Below are positions 13,509-25,896 of a stretch of DNA of 64,000 nucleotides, piece by piece. The DNA is from Octopus bimaculoides (Eukaryota). Where the stretch lies: contig NC_068989.1 of NCBI RefSeq assembly GCF_001194135.2, forward strand, positions 59,531,009-59,595,008, read 5' to 3'. A program made the position numbers and the translations under genes. A model generated the notes under the pieces. It did not search any database, was not told the origin of the DNA, and saw only the letters and a program-made list of their open reading frames with translations. How positions within the stretch are numbered: the first letter of the stretch is position 1; the number at the start of each line of letters is the position of its first letter.

Positions 13509-13733
13509 ATGAAAGCAAGTCCGTCAAACAAAATGACTCTATCTGCGATATATTCCTGCATTACATACAATTATTTTGTTTATTATCAGATGGCTGATCC
13601 AAGTTGGCAAGCAGAATAAACCGTAGAGGGTGCTTCCTCAGACCGTAGAGCTTCACTCTCCTGGAGTGCTTTCATCTCTCAAAATGCCTATTTACACGAC
13701 GAGTAACTTGGAAAAACAACTGTGTGAGAATTT
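13509..13733 (+). pseudogene. foxj1: Inverted segment of the foxj1-like retrocopy spanning a second exon-end/exon-start junction
   Basis: Plus 13509-13610 reads [34 protein letters not shown]. It is followed by GCAGAATAAACCG (same 5'UTR as minus 13205 onward) and an ATG at 13684 giving MPIYTTSNLEKQLCEN. Confidence 0.9.
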
Positions 13734-14382
13734 TTATGCAATACTTAATTGTGTAAATAAAGAAACAACAAAAATGATTGCTTTCAGACATAAAGCTCTA
13801 TGTTACATTGCACAATGTTAATAGCGGCTTAAGATAGGATGATTCTATTTTTGTTTTTCTCTTAATAATTCTCTCGTTCATATTCCGGAAGTTTATTACT
13901 AAGTATCGTCAGGTCTTAATCCTATTTCAATATTGTTTCAAACTGAAAAACCTACGGTCGACAAATAGTTTTTTTTATATAAGGAAAACAAAGGTTAATC
14001 TCCATAATACGTTAATAACCTAGAGTAACCATTCTGCTATTTTATAAATTGTGTATTTGACTAAATATAAAGAACATTTAATAAATCCATTTATTACAAG
14101 TAAAACTTGTTCGAAGTAATATCAGAGATTCAAAATGTTATACGTTAAAATTTGGCAAAATTATTGTATCTGAACAGTTGAGACTGGCGCATAACATTAA
14201 CATCGACTATCATTGAAAAGCAATTATCTTCTGTAAGCATACGCTAGAAATAGTATTGGCAATTGTTCTTCGAAGCTGACACTCTTTGACGTTGTGATTA
14301 TCAAGCACAAACTTATCATCATCTCTATTTTCAACATTGTTATCTATTTCCAATAAAGGCTGATTGAGAAAAGGAAGGAAAA

Positions 14383-14486
14383 TAAGTTTTGCTTAAGAGC
14401 ACAACGAACCGACTGGTCTAGAAATCGAAACCATAATCTTACAATCATGAGTGCAACGCCCTAACCACTAAGCCACGCGCTTTCAC
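14383..14486 (-). mobile_element. tRNA-headed SINE 5' fragment (another family)
   Basis: Minus strand GTGAAAGCGCGTGGCTTAGTGGTTAGGG...GGTTTCGATTTC: A and B boxes. Confidence 0.7.
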
Positions 14487-14581
14487 ATATGCACACACAC
14501 ACACACGCACATACACGCACACACACACACACACATATATATATTTATATACACTCATACATACGTACATACATACATACA

Positions 14582-14612
<31 letters not shown>

Positions 14613-14689
14613 CATACATACATACATACAGACAGACAGACACATACATACATACATACATACATACCTACATATATTTCCTCGTGTTT

Positions 14690-14745
14690 TGTTCTGTTGA
14701 AGAGCATAGGCTCGAAACGTAAAAGACCGCTCACCTTCCCGAGCG
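14690..14745 (+). other. Degenerate hammerhead-like motif followed by a small hairpin
   Basis: CUGUUGA-A-GAGC(AUAG)GCUC-GAAA-CG-UA. The core has an A6U change and stem I is weak. Hairpin CGCTC...GAGCG at 14728-14745. Confidence 0.4.
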
Positions 14746-14982
14746 TCAAACTAATAAACCTGCTTGTTGCTTATACACCTGTTTTTCTGTAAATTTCAAC
14801 TATATANNNNNNNNNNNNNNNNNNNNNNNNNNNNNNNNNNNNNNNNNNNNNNNNNNNNNNNNNNNNNTATATATATATACATATATATATGTATGTATGT
14901 ATGTATGTATACATATATATATATATATATATATGCATGTATATATATATATTTATATTTGTATATATATATATATATATTC

Positions 14983-15460
14983 GCAACACTATGACTGGGT
15001 GTTGAAACAATTAATGAATCGCTCAAATGTAGATGTGACATATCTTGACTTTGCAAAGGCCTTTGATAAGGTTGATCATGGGATGATATGTTACAAACTA
15101 CGGAGACTCGGCATAACTGGGAAAACTGGAGAGTCGTTGCATGACTTCTTAAAAGAGAGAGAAGCCAGGATGTAGCTGCCAACGGAACTCTCTCCACGGA
15201 AACATTAATAGAAAGTGGAGTGCCTCAAGGAACTGTATTGGGGCCACTACTGTTCATGGTGGCTCTATGCCATCAGTTACACAGATAGCCACGCTTACTA
15301 GGGACCTCCATGTAGGGGGAATAGATGTTTTCAAGAAACAACTATCTAAAATCCGAGATGAATCAATATAAAGGCAGGAAATTCCAAGAGAGCAGCGATA
15401 TCGAACTACCTCCTTCACCAGAAGCCAAACCCATAGAATTGGCCAATTAAAAGGTGATTC
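14983..15460 (+). mobile_element. CR1-like LINE RT fragment
   Basis: DVTYLDFAKAFDKVDHG...GITGK and SGVPQGTVLGPLLF. Confidence 0.88.
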
Positions 15461-15602
15461 CAAAGGCGGTGTCCCAAGGCCTCAAGGCTGAAACATATAA
15501 ACGAATAAAAGAATATATGTATACATATATTTATATACATTCATACACACGCACACACACACACATCTCTATATATATATATGTGTATATATNNNNNNNN
15601 NN

Positions 15603-15633
<31 letters not shown>

Positions 15634-18099
15634 TCATACATATATGATTCGATGGTCTTTTAGTCTAAAACTTACTACCCGCTGTGTTGTTGGTTCTTTA
15701 GATATATATATTCAAGATCTCGAAAAGATTAACCTTAAACTTTGTTATTGAGAACTGTCAATCTTTGACGTGAATGCTACAGAATCGTTTCAAAGGTATC
15801 TACATCAAGAATAAAGACGAAACGAGGCAATAGCTTAAGTTTCAAAGACTCACAGATTTTGAGTTTCCTGCAAAAAATGCATAAGCGATTTATATGGAAT
15901 AGATTTAAACACATTCAAGCAAAAGTTAGTTTGTCTAAGACACAAGATGAGATTACGTCACAGTATAAAACGCGATGTAGTTAGCTGTAGCAAATTCCTT
16001 TCACTAAAAATCAACTCCGGAACGAGAGTTGTAGCAACATTGATGACAGTATTCAAGCAGAGCCACATCCCACGGTCTGTAACTAGTAAAAAATGTTCTA
16101 GTATGAAATACATTAATTACTTCTATATCGGTTCCATACTTATCGTCCATCCACATCACGAACTGTGGGTGTAGAACGGAAATAGCAAACTATGTAGTCG
16201 GCCACTAAGAAGCGAATCCGTTTTTCAGTTGTCATGGAAGTATTAAATTTGACGAGACATAAGTACGTCACGAAGCTTTACTGAGAGAAGTATTGATAAA
16301 TTTCCATGAAGCAGGACAACTGTACGCCTTCATAACTGAACTAATGAATTTTAATGTTATTAGTCCCTAGTATGTTTCTGTAAAATGATTGTAGAATGTC
16401 TTTTAATGTCAGATGTTTATTGAGATATTCTGAAGAAAGTGAATAGATTTACCTTTCCATTTCAAATGCCAACTATATGTGTTGACTTAAAATCAAACAA
16501 CACAGTGTCACTAACTAGCTAGCAATTCAGTAATCAAATTTCTGCAGTTTAATTTTTGTTTTTTTCAGTCTTATTATTTGTCACTGTTCTAAAGCTAGGC
16601 TTTTGTATTTCAAAATAACCTTCTGCGTTGCCAATCCAAAATAACACTTATGACGTAATTCCCTAATTCAACGTAAACAATGTACTTAAACGTAGCACTC
16701 AGTATCATCACAATAATTCTTTCGTAAACAAAAGACATTATCCCGTCTAAAATCCTAATGTTTTGCTGATCTAAAGATGATTTTTGCCTCAAGATACACA
16801 GTACATCAATAATTGCAAAGTAGGTTTATTAAATACTTGACGAACGTATGTACTTTCATTCTTGTGGGCAAACGAAAACTTTGCGGTGGCTTGCAATATT
16901 TTCAAGTAGCTTTTGCAGTTTCTGCGTGGGGCAAAGTATTTCTCATTATTTATTCATCTTTCTCTCTATATGTGTGTGTGCGCGCGTGTGTGGTGTGAAA
17001 CGGCCGTAATGTATTGACACCTGTACATCTTTGTTACTTATTTACATTCTGTTCACCTAACTTGGAGCTGTGCGGATTATACCGAAATGGCAAGATGCCT
17101 GAATTTAATTACCTGATTCAACTGAATTTTAATTATATATATAAATGAAAGTAGCACTCGAGACACAGTCTGATACGGCTTCACATTAAACTTTCGGAGC
17201 TGCAAAGAACTTGTCTGTTCAGACGTTTTCTTTACCATCTGTCTAATTCTCTATAAATATATATACTCAGACACTCTCGCATGTTCATATAACATGCATA
17301 CACATGTATATACAGGTATGTATTTATGTATGTACTACGGCATATCTTTTCTTCCTTCACTCCTGAGAGCAGAGTCCTGGCTAATGCTGCATTGTAATAC
17401 TCTGTGTGTGAATTAAATATTGCTTCGTTCACAGAAAGCCTGGATATTCTGTTTGACGCACTTTTCCCTAAATCATTTAATACTGAATGTGAATGACTCG
17501 ATTTTAATCTTTTCTTTTTTTATATATGAAGTTTGTAAGCATTTTTGGTCTCCTGCTGCGCTAAGGAACTGACCATCTGTCGTTGATTTCCTTTGAAGTG
17601 GAACGGTAACAGACACAAGAGACAAGTAATTGTTAAAGTTTATCATTTTACGACACTATTGTCTTAGAATATTTTCCTATTTTCCCAAAAGTCGAGACAA
17701 GTCTATGGTTAAGATTGGAATGAATAAGGGGTTTATATTTTATTTTTTTATTTCCATCAGTTTATTTTTGGTATTTTTTCCGAGTTAGAGTAGACCTTGT
17801 GGTCTGATTGGGGTCTGATTTTAAAGCATTTAGGTTGCTATTTCTAGCAGGGAAAACTTGGCTAATTTATGCCATTTTGGTTGACGTTTGTCAGATAAAG
17901 TCAGAGATCAAGGAGGAGATAAATGACATTCGCTTCGTTAATTTTAAGTTGAGATAAGAACTTTGAGACAAATTAGCCAACAGTTGGAATTCAACTTGGG
18001 ACTGGAAGAATAGAATGCCAGTATTACACAATTAATTCTCATACGTCCTTAACCTCTGATCAAACACCACCGGACTCTATAGTCGCTATAGACGTATTA

Positions 18100-18202
18100 T
18101 AGTCATGCTATTTAGCCCACTTTAGTTTTAGGCCGCACGCCCAATTAGCCCTCCGCAGGAGCTAGCTTAAAAGTTTGCACGGAGGGCGGCTTTTAAGCTA
18201 GT
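18100..18202 (+). mobile_element. Possible Helitron 3' terminus
   Basis: GC-rich hairpin GCCCTCCG/CGGAGGGC followed by CTAG|T at 18198-18202. Confidence 0.35.
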
Positions 18203-20209
18203 ACATATACATACATACATATATATATACATATNNNNNNNNNNNNNNNNNNNNNNNNNNNNNNNNNNNNNNNNNNNNNNNNNNNNNNNNNNNNNNNNNN
18301 NNNNNNNNNNNNNNNNNNNNNNNNNNNNNNNNNNNNNNNNNNNNNNNNNNNNNNNNNNNNNNNNNNNNNNNNNNNNNNNNNNNNNNNNNNNNNNNNNNNN
18401 NNNNNNNNNNNNNNNNNNNNNNNNNNNNNNNNNNNNNNNNNNNNNNNNNNNNNNNNNNNNNNNNNNNNNNNNNNNNNNNNNNNNNNNNNNNNNNNNNNNN
18501 NNNNNNNNNNNNNNNNNNNNNNNNNNNNNNNNNNNNNNNNNNNNNNNNNNNNNNNNNNNNNNNNNNNNNNNNNNNNNNNNNNNNNNNNNNNNNNNNNNNN
18601 NNNNNNNNNNNNNNNNNNNNNNNNNNNNNNNNNNNNNNNNNNNNNNNNNNNNNNNNNNNNNNNNNNNNNNNNNNNNNNNNNNNNNNNNNNNNNNNNNNNN
18701 NNNNNNNNNNNNNNNNNNNNNNNNNNNNNNNNNNNNNNNNNNNNNNNNNNNNNNNNNNNNNNNNNNNNNNNNNNNNNNNNNNNNNTATATATATATATAT
18801 ATATATATGCATATATAAATATCTCTTTTGAATTATCTTATTTGTTATTCAAGCAAGCAAGAAAATCAAATTATATATATATATTATGTACGTATGTATC
18901 TATGTATGTATTTATGAATGCATGCAAGCAATTAGTTCGTATGCAGAACAGAAAGCAAATAAAAATACTTTATATTTCGAAATGATAATATCTTCGGCTA
19001 GATTCTCAATTCGAAGTAAAATCTCCGGTAGCGAAATAAGTTAAGAGTAAATGAGTTATTGAAGCATAAACGTAGGAGTTCAGTAGTTAATTATTCCTTT
19101 ATCACAACAGGAACAGTAGTGAGGAAAAGCTTTTGTTTTAGCTGAAACTACAGAAATCGATAGATGGTAAATTTCATTAAACCTCTTCGGACATTCCAAA
19201 GAAAATTTTAAGTATTTTGTGTAAAGCTTCACTGTGAAAACAGGTTTTATTTTAAGAAAATTGGGTCATTTGTGATTAGAAGATGTTAAATGCACTTTAG
19301 TAAATCGATATCTTACTAAAGAATTTCATTGAGAGAACTGTCTGGAGTAAATGTTAGTCTCTGTTATTTTTATTCAGAAAACACTGAAAACCGTGGCAGG
19401 TATGTTACTATTGTAAAAAATATTGATTTCTTGTTAGGGACGACAATACAACAGCTAGAGTTGGGGAGGAACTATTGGTAATATCGAAACCAATATTTAA
19501 CTGGTACTTATTTTATCGACCCTAGAAATATGACATAGTCAGCCATGGTGACATTCAAACTGCAGTGTATTAATATTGATCAGTCACTTAACAACAAGAA
19601 CATGTATATAGAGCAGTTAGTCATAAAGACTCTAATGTATTACTGATACTAGTTGTAGTAAAATATGCATTGATGAAAGTTTTTAGAATGGTGTCTTGGA
19701 CAAGCATGTGAATCTATAATTGTAGATTAATGGTGATTAATGTTGATTAATGTTGATTACCTTAACAAAATAACAGGTTCATAGAGCTGACCTACTACAT
19801 AGCACTCAAATATAGCATTTTTCACCTGACCAATAATGTAATGTATTGATCTATATTGATCACTGTACAGTCCTACAACACCATTATATCTAATCGCTAA
19901 TGCATAGCTTCTCACCAGTAACACACTCTATCTAAATACTCAGACCATAAAAGTTGTCCAGTAACGTGAAACATCTCTCTCACAATGTTTGACTAATATC
20001 ACATCATACTAATGACACAGTGTATCTGACCAATATCATAATATTTAACCTTTAACAAACTTCATCGCACCAATGAAAATACACCTCACCGGTAACTAAC
20101 AACAGTTCATGAATAAAACACTGCATCTTACCACTCAAATACTGGAATCAATATTATTGACTAATCCCCTACTCTCAAAGTTATCAGTTATTATTACTAT
20201 TATAATTAT

Positions 20210-20417
20210 TAAGGTGAGGAGCTGGCAGAATCGTAACCACGCCGGACAAAATTCTTAGGAGCATTTTGTCCGCCTTTACGCTCTGAATTCAAATTCCGTC
20301 TATTTTGCTTTTAATCCTTCCGGGGTCGATAAAATAAGTACCAGTTGAGCACTTGGGTCGATGTAATTGACTTACCCCTGCCCTAAAATTGCTGACATTG
20401 TGCCAAAATTTGAAGTC
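20210..20417 (+). mobile_element. SINE family B, near full length
   Basis: tRNA-like head GAGCTGGCAGAATCGT..GAATTCAAATTCC and core CCTTCCGGGGTCGATAAAATAAGTACCAG. Confidence 0.85.
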
Positions 20418-20434
20418 ACTATTTCTAGAAACAG

Positions 20435-20950
20435 CTTCGTTATCATCATTAGAACACTTTTCCAGGTGTACCCCGATGTCATTTTCCGTAGTAACACTGT
20501 GAGGGGTATCATACAAATCACAAACAGCAACAGTGATAGGCTATTTTCTTGAAATATGCCAAAATTTTTCCACGTGAAATTAACTCTGTAGTCCAGTTTT
20601 TCATTGATCTCCTAATAAGATTTGATGTTATCAGACACCTGTACCAGCTCAAGACTTTCTAAAATCCAAGAATAGGGGACCATGTCATATGCTTTCTTAT
20701 AATCGATCCACACCATGCCCAGATTAGTAAATGTTTTCTTGCAGTCGTTCAGTACCATTCTGTCTATCAGAAGTTGTTCTTTTATCCCTCGGTTTTTCCT
20801 TCTGCACCCCTTCTGTTCCACTGGGAGTTTTTCATTCATTTCCAGGAAGTTATACACATAATTAGATATTATTCCTGTCATCAGCTTCCACATCAGGGGC
20901 AGACAGGTGGTAAGCCGGTATCCACTGCACTGCCTTTGCTGAGATCCTTT
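20435..20950 (-). mobile_element. R4/Dong-like (RLE-type) LINE RT fragment
   Basis: [13 protein letters not shown]...EQKGCRR...QLLID...WIDYKKAYDMVP. Confidence 0.88.
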
Positions 20951-21550
20951 TGGCAAAGAATTGTTTTACTTGTGGTCAGCCGCTTTGGGATTTGTACACC
21001 GTTGTTGATCATTTTACCCAAATTTCTGGCCTTGTGCCTAAGATATAAACAATTAAGGATAGGGGATTCGTAGAATCGTTATGGTGTTAGCAAAATGTTT
21101 ACCGGTATATATTTCGGATCGCTACGTTTTGAGTCTTAAATCTCTGGCCTACATGCCTATGCTTAAAATAAGCCAAATTAGGCGCCACTCTCGCCACTCT
21201 CGCCACTCTCACCCACATTTTAGCAAATTTACTGGAAAATAGCACCTCCCTCTTCATCCTCACTTTCCTCTCCAAGTGGAACTTGAATAAATTGATGAAG
21301 AATTGGCCGAAGGAATGGGATGTCTTGGCCGACCGTGTAAAACATGACATGTCATCCAGAAGGATTACAAGATATTTGTGGCTCCAAAATAAATTGTAAA
21401 GATAAACATAAATTATTATGAAAATCAGTTAAAAATTAAATTCAGTATAAAAATATACACAAAGCGGTGAGAAGCGCCTCCTAGGAAGAATCCCATCTCC
21501 GACCACCTTCAGCTTGGCGCATGTTTTTTACTCTTTCTCTCCCTCTCCGT

Positions 21551-21611
<61 letters not shown>

Positions 21612-21838
21612 NNNNNNNNNNNNNNNNNNNNNNNNNNNNNNNNNNNNNNNNNNNNNNNNNNNNNNNNNNNNNNNNNNNNNNNNNNNNNNNNNNNNNNNNN
21701 NNNNNNNNNNNNNNNNNNNNNNNNNNNNNNNNNNNNNNNNNNNNNNNNNNNNNNNNNNNNNNNNNNNNNNNNNNNNNNNNNNNNNNNNNNNNNNNNNNNN
21801 NNNNNNNNNNNNNNNNNNNNNNNNNNNNNNNNNNNNNN

Positions 21839-22139
21839 CGTTTTTACCCACTTGCCGTCAAATTTGCCAAACATTTTGACTATTTTCTTTACGCTAGCGC
21901 CTGCCATACGAGCACCAACAATTTGACCTCTTTGAAAGTCCGATAGATCTGTCATTCTAATGAATTTTAATTACCTTTTTATGATGATATCTGAAAAGAA
22001 ACAGCAATTTTAGCAAAACATATGAAGCAACACTAATAATAAATCAAAAAACCTAAAAATAAACTTTTGATTTTTTGCAAATATTTCAAAATTATGATGC
22101 TATGATGCTAGGTGTTTCCATCATTTTATCCAACCCCAA
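21839..22139 (-). mobile_element. Tc1-like transposon 5' end
   Basis: MTDLSDFQRGQIVGARMAGASV N-terminus; TIR-like GGGGTTGGATAAAATGATGGAAACACC. Confidence 0.85.
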
Positions 22140-22162
22140 TATATATATATATATATATATAT

Positions 22163-22297
22163 GCGACAGGCTTCTTTCAGTTTCCGTTTACCAAATCCAC
22201 TCACAAGGCTTCGGTTAGCCTGGAGTTATAATAGAAGACACTTGACGAAGGTGCCAGGCAGTCGGACTGAGCTTAGAGCAATGGTTGGCAAGCACAT
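22163..22297 (-). mobile_element. SINE family A head/core fragment
   Basis: CAGGCTTCTTTCAGTTTCCG..CCAAATCCACTCACAAGGC core. Confidence 0.8.
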
Positions 22298-23482
22298 GTT
22301 TCCGAGGGACTCGATCGACTGACTAATCCGTCTTCCCTTACGATCACAGCCTTTCGATATAGCACCACATATCAAGAATATTTGGCCACTGAATGAATTT
22401 TGGACAAGCCAACTGACACACTTCCATCAGCAGCCCCTCCGCCGCTCTCCCCACCCCACACCGGTAATACAAGTGGCCAAGAATTTCTGGAAGTTCTTAT
22501 CAATCAATCATTGGTAGGAAAATCCGCCAGAATAACCTATTCTGATTGCCTTCCTTGGCGCCCAGTCCTCCGGTCTCCTCTAGTACATTGTCACTCAATC
22601 CAAATACTATATTTCTACTCAATTTTGTTCAATATCTTGAATTTGAATTCCATCTAAGTCATATTTTGCATTTTTCGTTCCTTTTGTGTTCATGAAATCA
22701 ATGTAGAACTGTATAAATCAATACCAGTTATAAACTGTGGCCGATTTCATTTGTTGTACAGAACATTAGACTTGTTACCCTTTAGTAAGAAAATGAAATT
22801 GAAGTACAAATCAATTTCTAATGAGAGCAACAAACAATAAAAATAAAGTTGTTAGATGACAATATCTTCGATTTTTAAGATTAGTGTCGCCACAATTATA
22901 ATATCTACGTCAGGTCGAAACAAGTTCTTTTTGTTTTTTGTTTTGTTTTTAATGATAAATTTCTAAATAAATTTTTATTATTATTTTTCCTGTTTGCCTT
23001 CAGATAGACACAAAATGTTAAAAAAAATATTTTTGAAATTCACACTGTTATGCTGCTGTTTCTCGGATCAATAATCAATAAAACGATCAATAATCTATAA
23101 AGAAATACTTTTGATCTCTGCTTGATATCACCTTCTTGCAGATAGATAGGAAAAAGAGCGGAAACAAGAGGAGTGGTTGGAGTTACCGACCTTTTGTGAA
23201 TCTGTACGTAACTTGGTGATGTCGAGTAGAGAACCAGGACTGGGTGAAACGTGTTGTGAATCAGTTAGATTAACAGGAGGTTATTCTGTTTATCTTCTGC
23301 AGATGTCTGCATCGAGACTTTCAATGCTGAAAACAATGAGATCATAAATCAATATTTTATTATTGAGACTTTTCCCAGGGGTTTCATTCTGCATGGAGAA
23401 TAAATAGTTAAGTGCGAACTGAGATACTTAATATAGTGAGCTAAAAATGAATGCTAATCAATTGAAATTACATTTGAAATTA

Positions 23483-23511
23483 CATAACCTCCTTCCTTGG
23501 CGGAGGTTATG
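23483..23511. other. 10-bp perfect hairpin resembling a Helentron/HINE terminal palindrome
   Basis: CATAACCTCC-TTCCTTGGC-GGAGGTTATG. Confidence 0.35.
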
Positions 23512-25062
23512 AAAAGTTACTATCATTGATCAATACCACAGAACAGAATAGAGAGAACTCCGAAATTTAAATTGTTAAAATTATGTTTGTTCCACTTTCG
23601 AAATATTTGCTTAGCAAGACAAGCTGCCTTATACTAAACAATGACCCCCTTGCTTAAAGAGAGATAGCAAATAAGAACAATCCCCGATAACAAGAAGTTT
23701 AAAACCATCAAAATGTGGAAAATAACTTTTTCACCATTCCCTTCAACCGTCAAATGTTGCATCTTGATATATTCGTTCCAAAATATTTAGCAGGTTCAAT
23801 AATGTTTCTATTACTAGTGAAAATGATTTTATCCACAGACCGGTGCCAATTTTATCGATTCCACCGAGATACGACCTTAGAGCGTTAAATGATAAACCCA
23901 TATACAAACTGATAGTCTTTTAATGTGATTCTGTCATTTTATTTAGACACTTGAAAATTAAATACTGCAAAACGATTGAAAATGCACCTCTCTATTTTCA
24001 ATGCTGTATGGAAAAGCATAGAAACGTGTTCGACCTGAAACCGCAAGGAATATAAGGAGTTTATGGACATCTATTAGAAGAAAATGAAGACGGAATCCCT
24101 TAAAATCTCCCTCTAAGCCAGCAATCCAAGAAGAAACTTATGAAGTTATATTTCGTCCATCTCTAAATATTCAGAATGGTTCTTGAGATGTAGAGTAAAT
24201 TCATCCACCACTAACACCATCCCCTGGCTCTTTACTGCCTTTAAAGGAGTCGACACTTCTGCATGTAATTGAGCCCGCTCTCTGATGTGCGGATATTTTT
24301 ATTCCCACCGGTGCCTAGGGTTCAGAAAAGGTCCCAGGCCTTTCCTCCTTTTTTTTTTACTCAGCCAATAACAAAATACACATCTCTAAAGAAAGAAAAA
24401 TGTTTGAATTACAGTACATTATAATATAAGTGATTTTCAACTAAAGAACATGTTTTGACATGTATAATGGTGACTCATCATATAACTATGTCATACAACC
24501 ATTGATTGAGTTATGAATGCTTTCTACATTATTCTACAAATCAATTCTTCTATCGCTTAAGATTAGCTGAGAATGTTACGCTTTTCAGCGTCAATTCAGT
24601 CACTATTTCTGTTCTTGGCACCGTGGTGGATCTAGCCATTCAATAAAGTAAATACCAGATATGTAATCAACTAAAATTGTTGAAGGCGGTACCCCAATAT
24701 AATAGCAGCTCAGTGACTGAAACCACTTCTGTGGGAAATATTAAACAATTTTCCAATCTAAAGTGTTCTGGTATAACAACGTAGTGGAAGAGTCAGGTTA
24801 GTTATTGAAAAGCATACAAAAGCCATTACATTCATTTTAATTAGTGATGTTTATTATGAAGTGTCAAAAAAATTCATCGCAATTACGTGGTCTGGTCACT
24901 GATACAATTCCACGGCAGTGATGCCGAAGAAATGTGTCAGTAATAAGGTCGTAGGTGTGTGACAATAGAATATGTTAGTTACTAGGTTGCAGAAGTGGAA
25001 CCAACATCCTTAATACATCATAATATTTAGAAATAATGAAAGGAATATAAAAGTGTTATTTC

Positions 25063-25285
25063 TTTTATCTTTTACTTGTTTCAGCCACTAGAATGCGGCC
25101 ATGCTGGAGCACCGCCTTGGGGACGTTTTAGTCGAGTGAATAGACACCAATAATTTTTTTTTTATTTAAAGCCTAGTACTTATTCTATCGGTCTTTTTGC
25201 CGAACCGCTAGGTTACGGAGACATAAACACACCAACACCGGTTGTCAAGCAGTGGTGGGGTACAAAGACTAACACAAATTCAAAA
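25063..25285 (-). mobile_element. SINE family A tail
   Basis: Matches the tail of the other copies. Confidence 0.85.
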
Positions 25286-25289
25286 AGAA

Positions 25290-25682
25290 AGCGCGGAGTG
25301 GCTAACAAAGGTGGAAAGACAACTTACAATTGTACCAAGCAAAAAGGACGCTACAATTGATATATATATATATACAGTGAGACAAGTTTTAAAAAAGGAC
25401 AAATTGGAAAGGACCAAGCCCGGATGGAGTACAAGGTTATTGGCTGACGAACTTTACACAATTGCATAAAAGTACCGCTGCGCAACTGGATGACAGCCTG
25501 CAGCAAGGTCACGTCCCTGCCTGGATGACAAATAGACGAATGCTGCTATGCCTCAAGGATCCCTTGAAAGGAACTTGGCATCAAATTTTCGACCTATAAC
25601 CTGTTTACCACTAATGTGGAAGCTTATGACTTGTGTCTTGTCGGAACAGTTATACAACCATCTGGAAAGTAACAATCTACTT
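25290..25682 (+). mobile_element. R4/Dong-like LINE, RT N-terminal fragment
   Basis: PDGVQGYWL...[16 protein letters not shown]. Confidence 0.85.
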
Positions 25683-25841
25683 TTATTTATTTTTTTAACC
25701 AGTTGAATATACACAAGATGTCGAAATATCGTTCACTAGATAGCAATGGCACTCTTCTTTTAATTTTAATAATAATAATAATAATAAATATAACAACCAC
25801 CACCACCACGACAACAACAACAACAACAACAACAACAACAG

Positions 25842-25872
<31 letters not shown>

Positions 25873-25896
25873 AATAATAATAATAATAATAATAAT

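Larger units (their letters stand above)
12752..13743 (-). pseudogene. foxj1: foxj1-like processed pseudogene: permuted, concatemeric copy of the first coding exon with an inverted segment, flanked by a 14-bp TSD
   Basis: Minus strand 13127 onward reads MPIYTTSNLAKQLRENWLSKYP...NLDDSFTSLNWLQNLQIL, matching the FoxJ1 N-terminal LDDSLTSLxWLQ motif. Minus 13346-13206 reads [47 protein letters not shown], the first half of a FoxJ1 forkhead (human VKPPYSYATLICMAM...[25 protein letters not shown]). It is preceded by IDYK with a 1-nt frameshift. Frameshifts and stops are present. ATTTTTATGCAATA occurs at 12752-12765 and 13730-13743. Confidence 0.92.

Noticed and set aside
17300-17510. Minus-strand open stretch KSSHSHSVLNDLGK...KEEKIC as a host exon
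   Set aside because: Upstream in-frame stop, no convincing splice sites and no recognisable domain.
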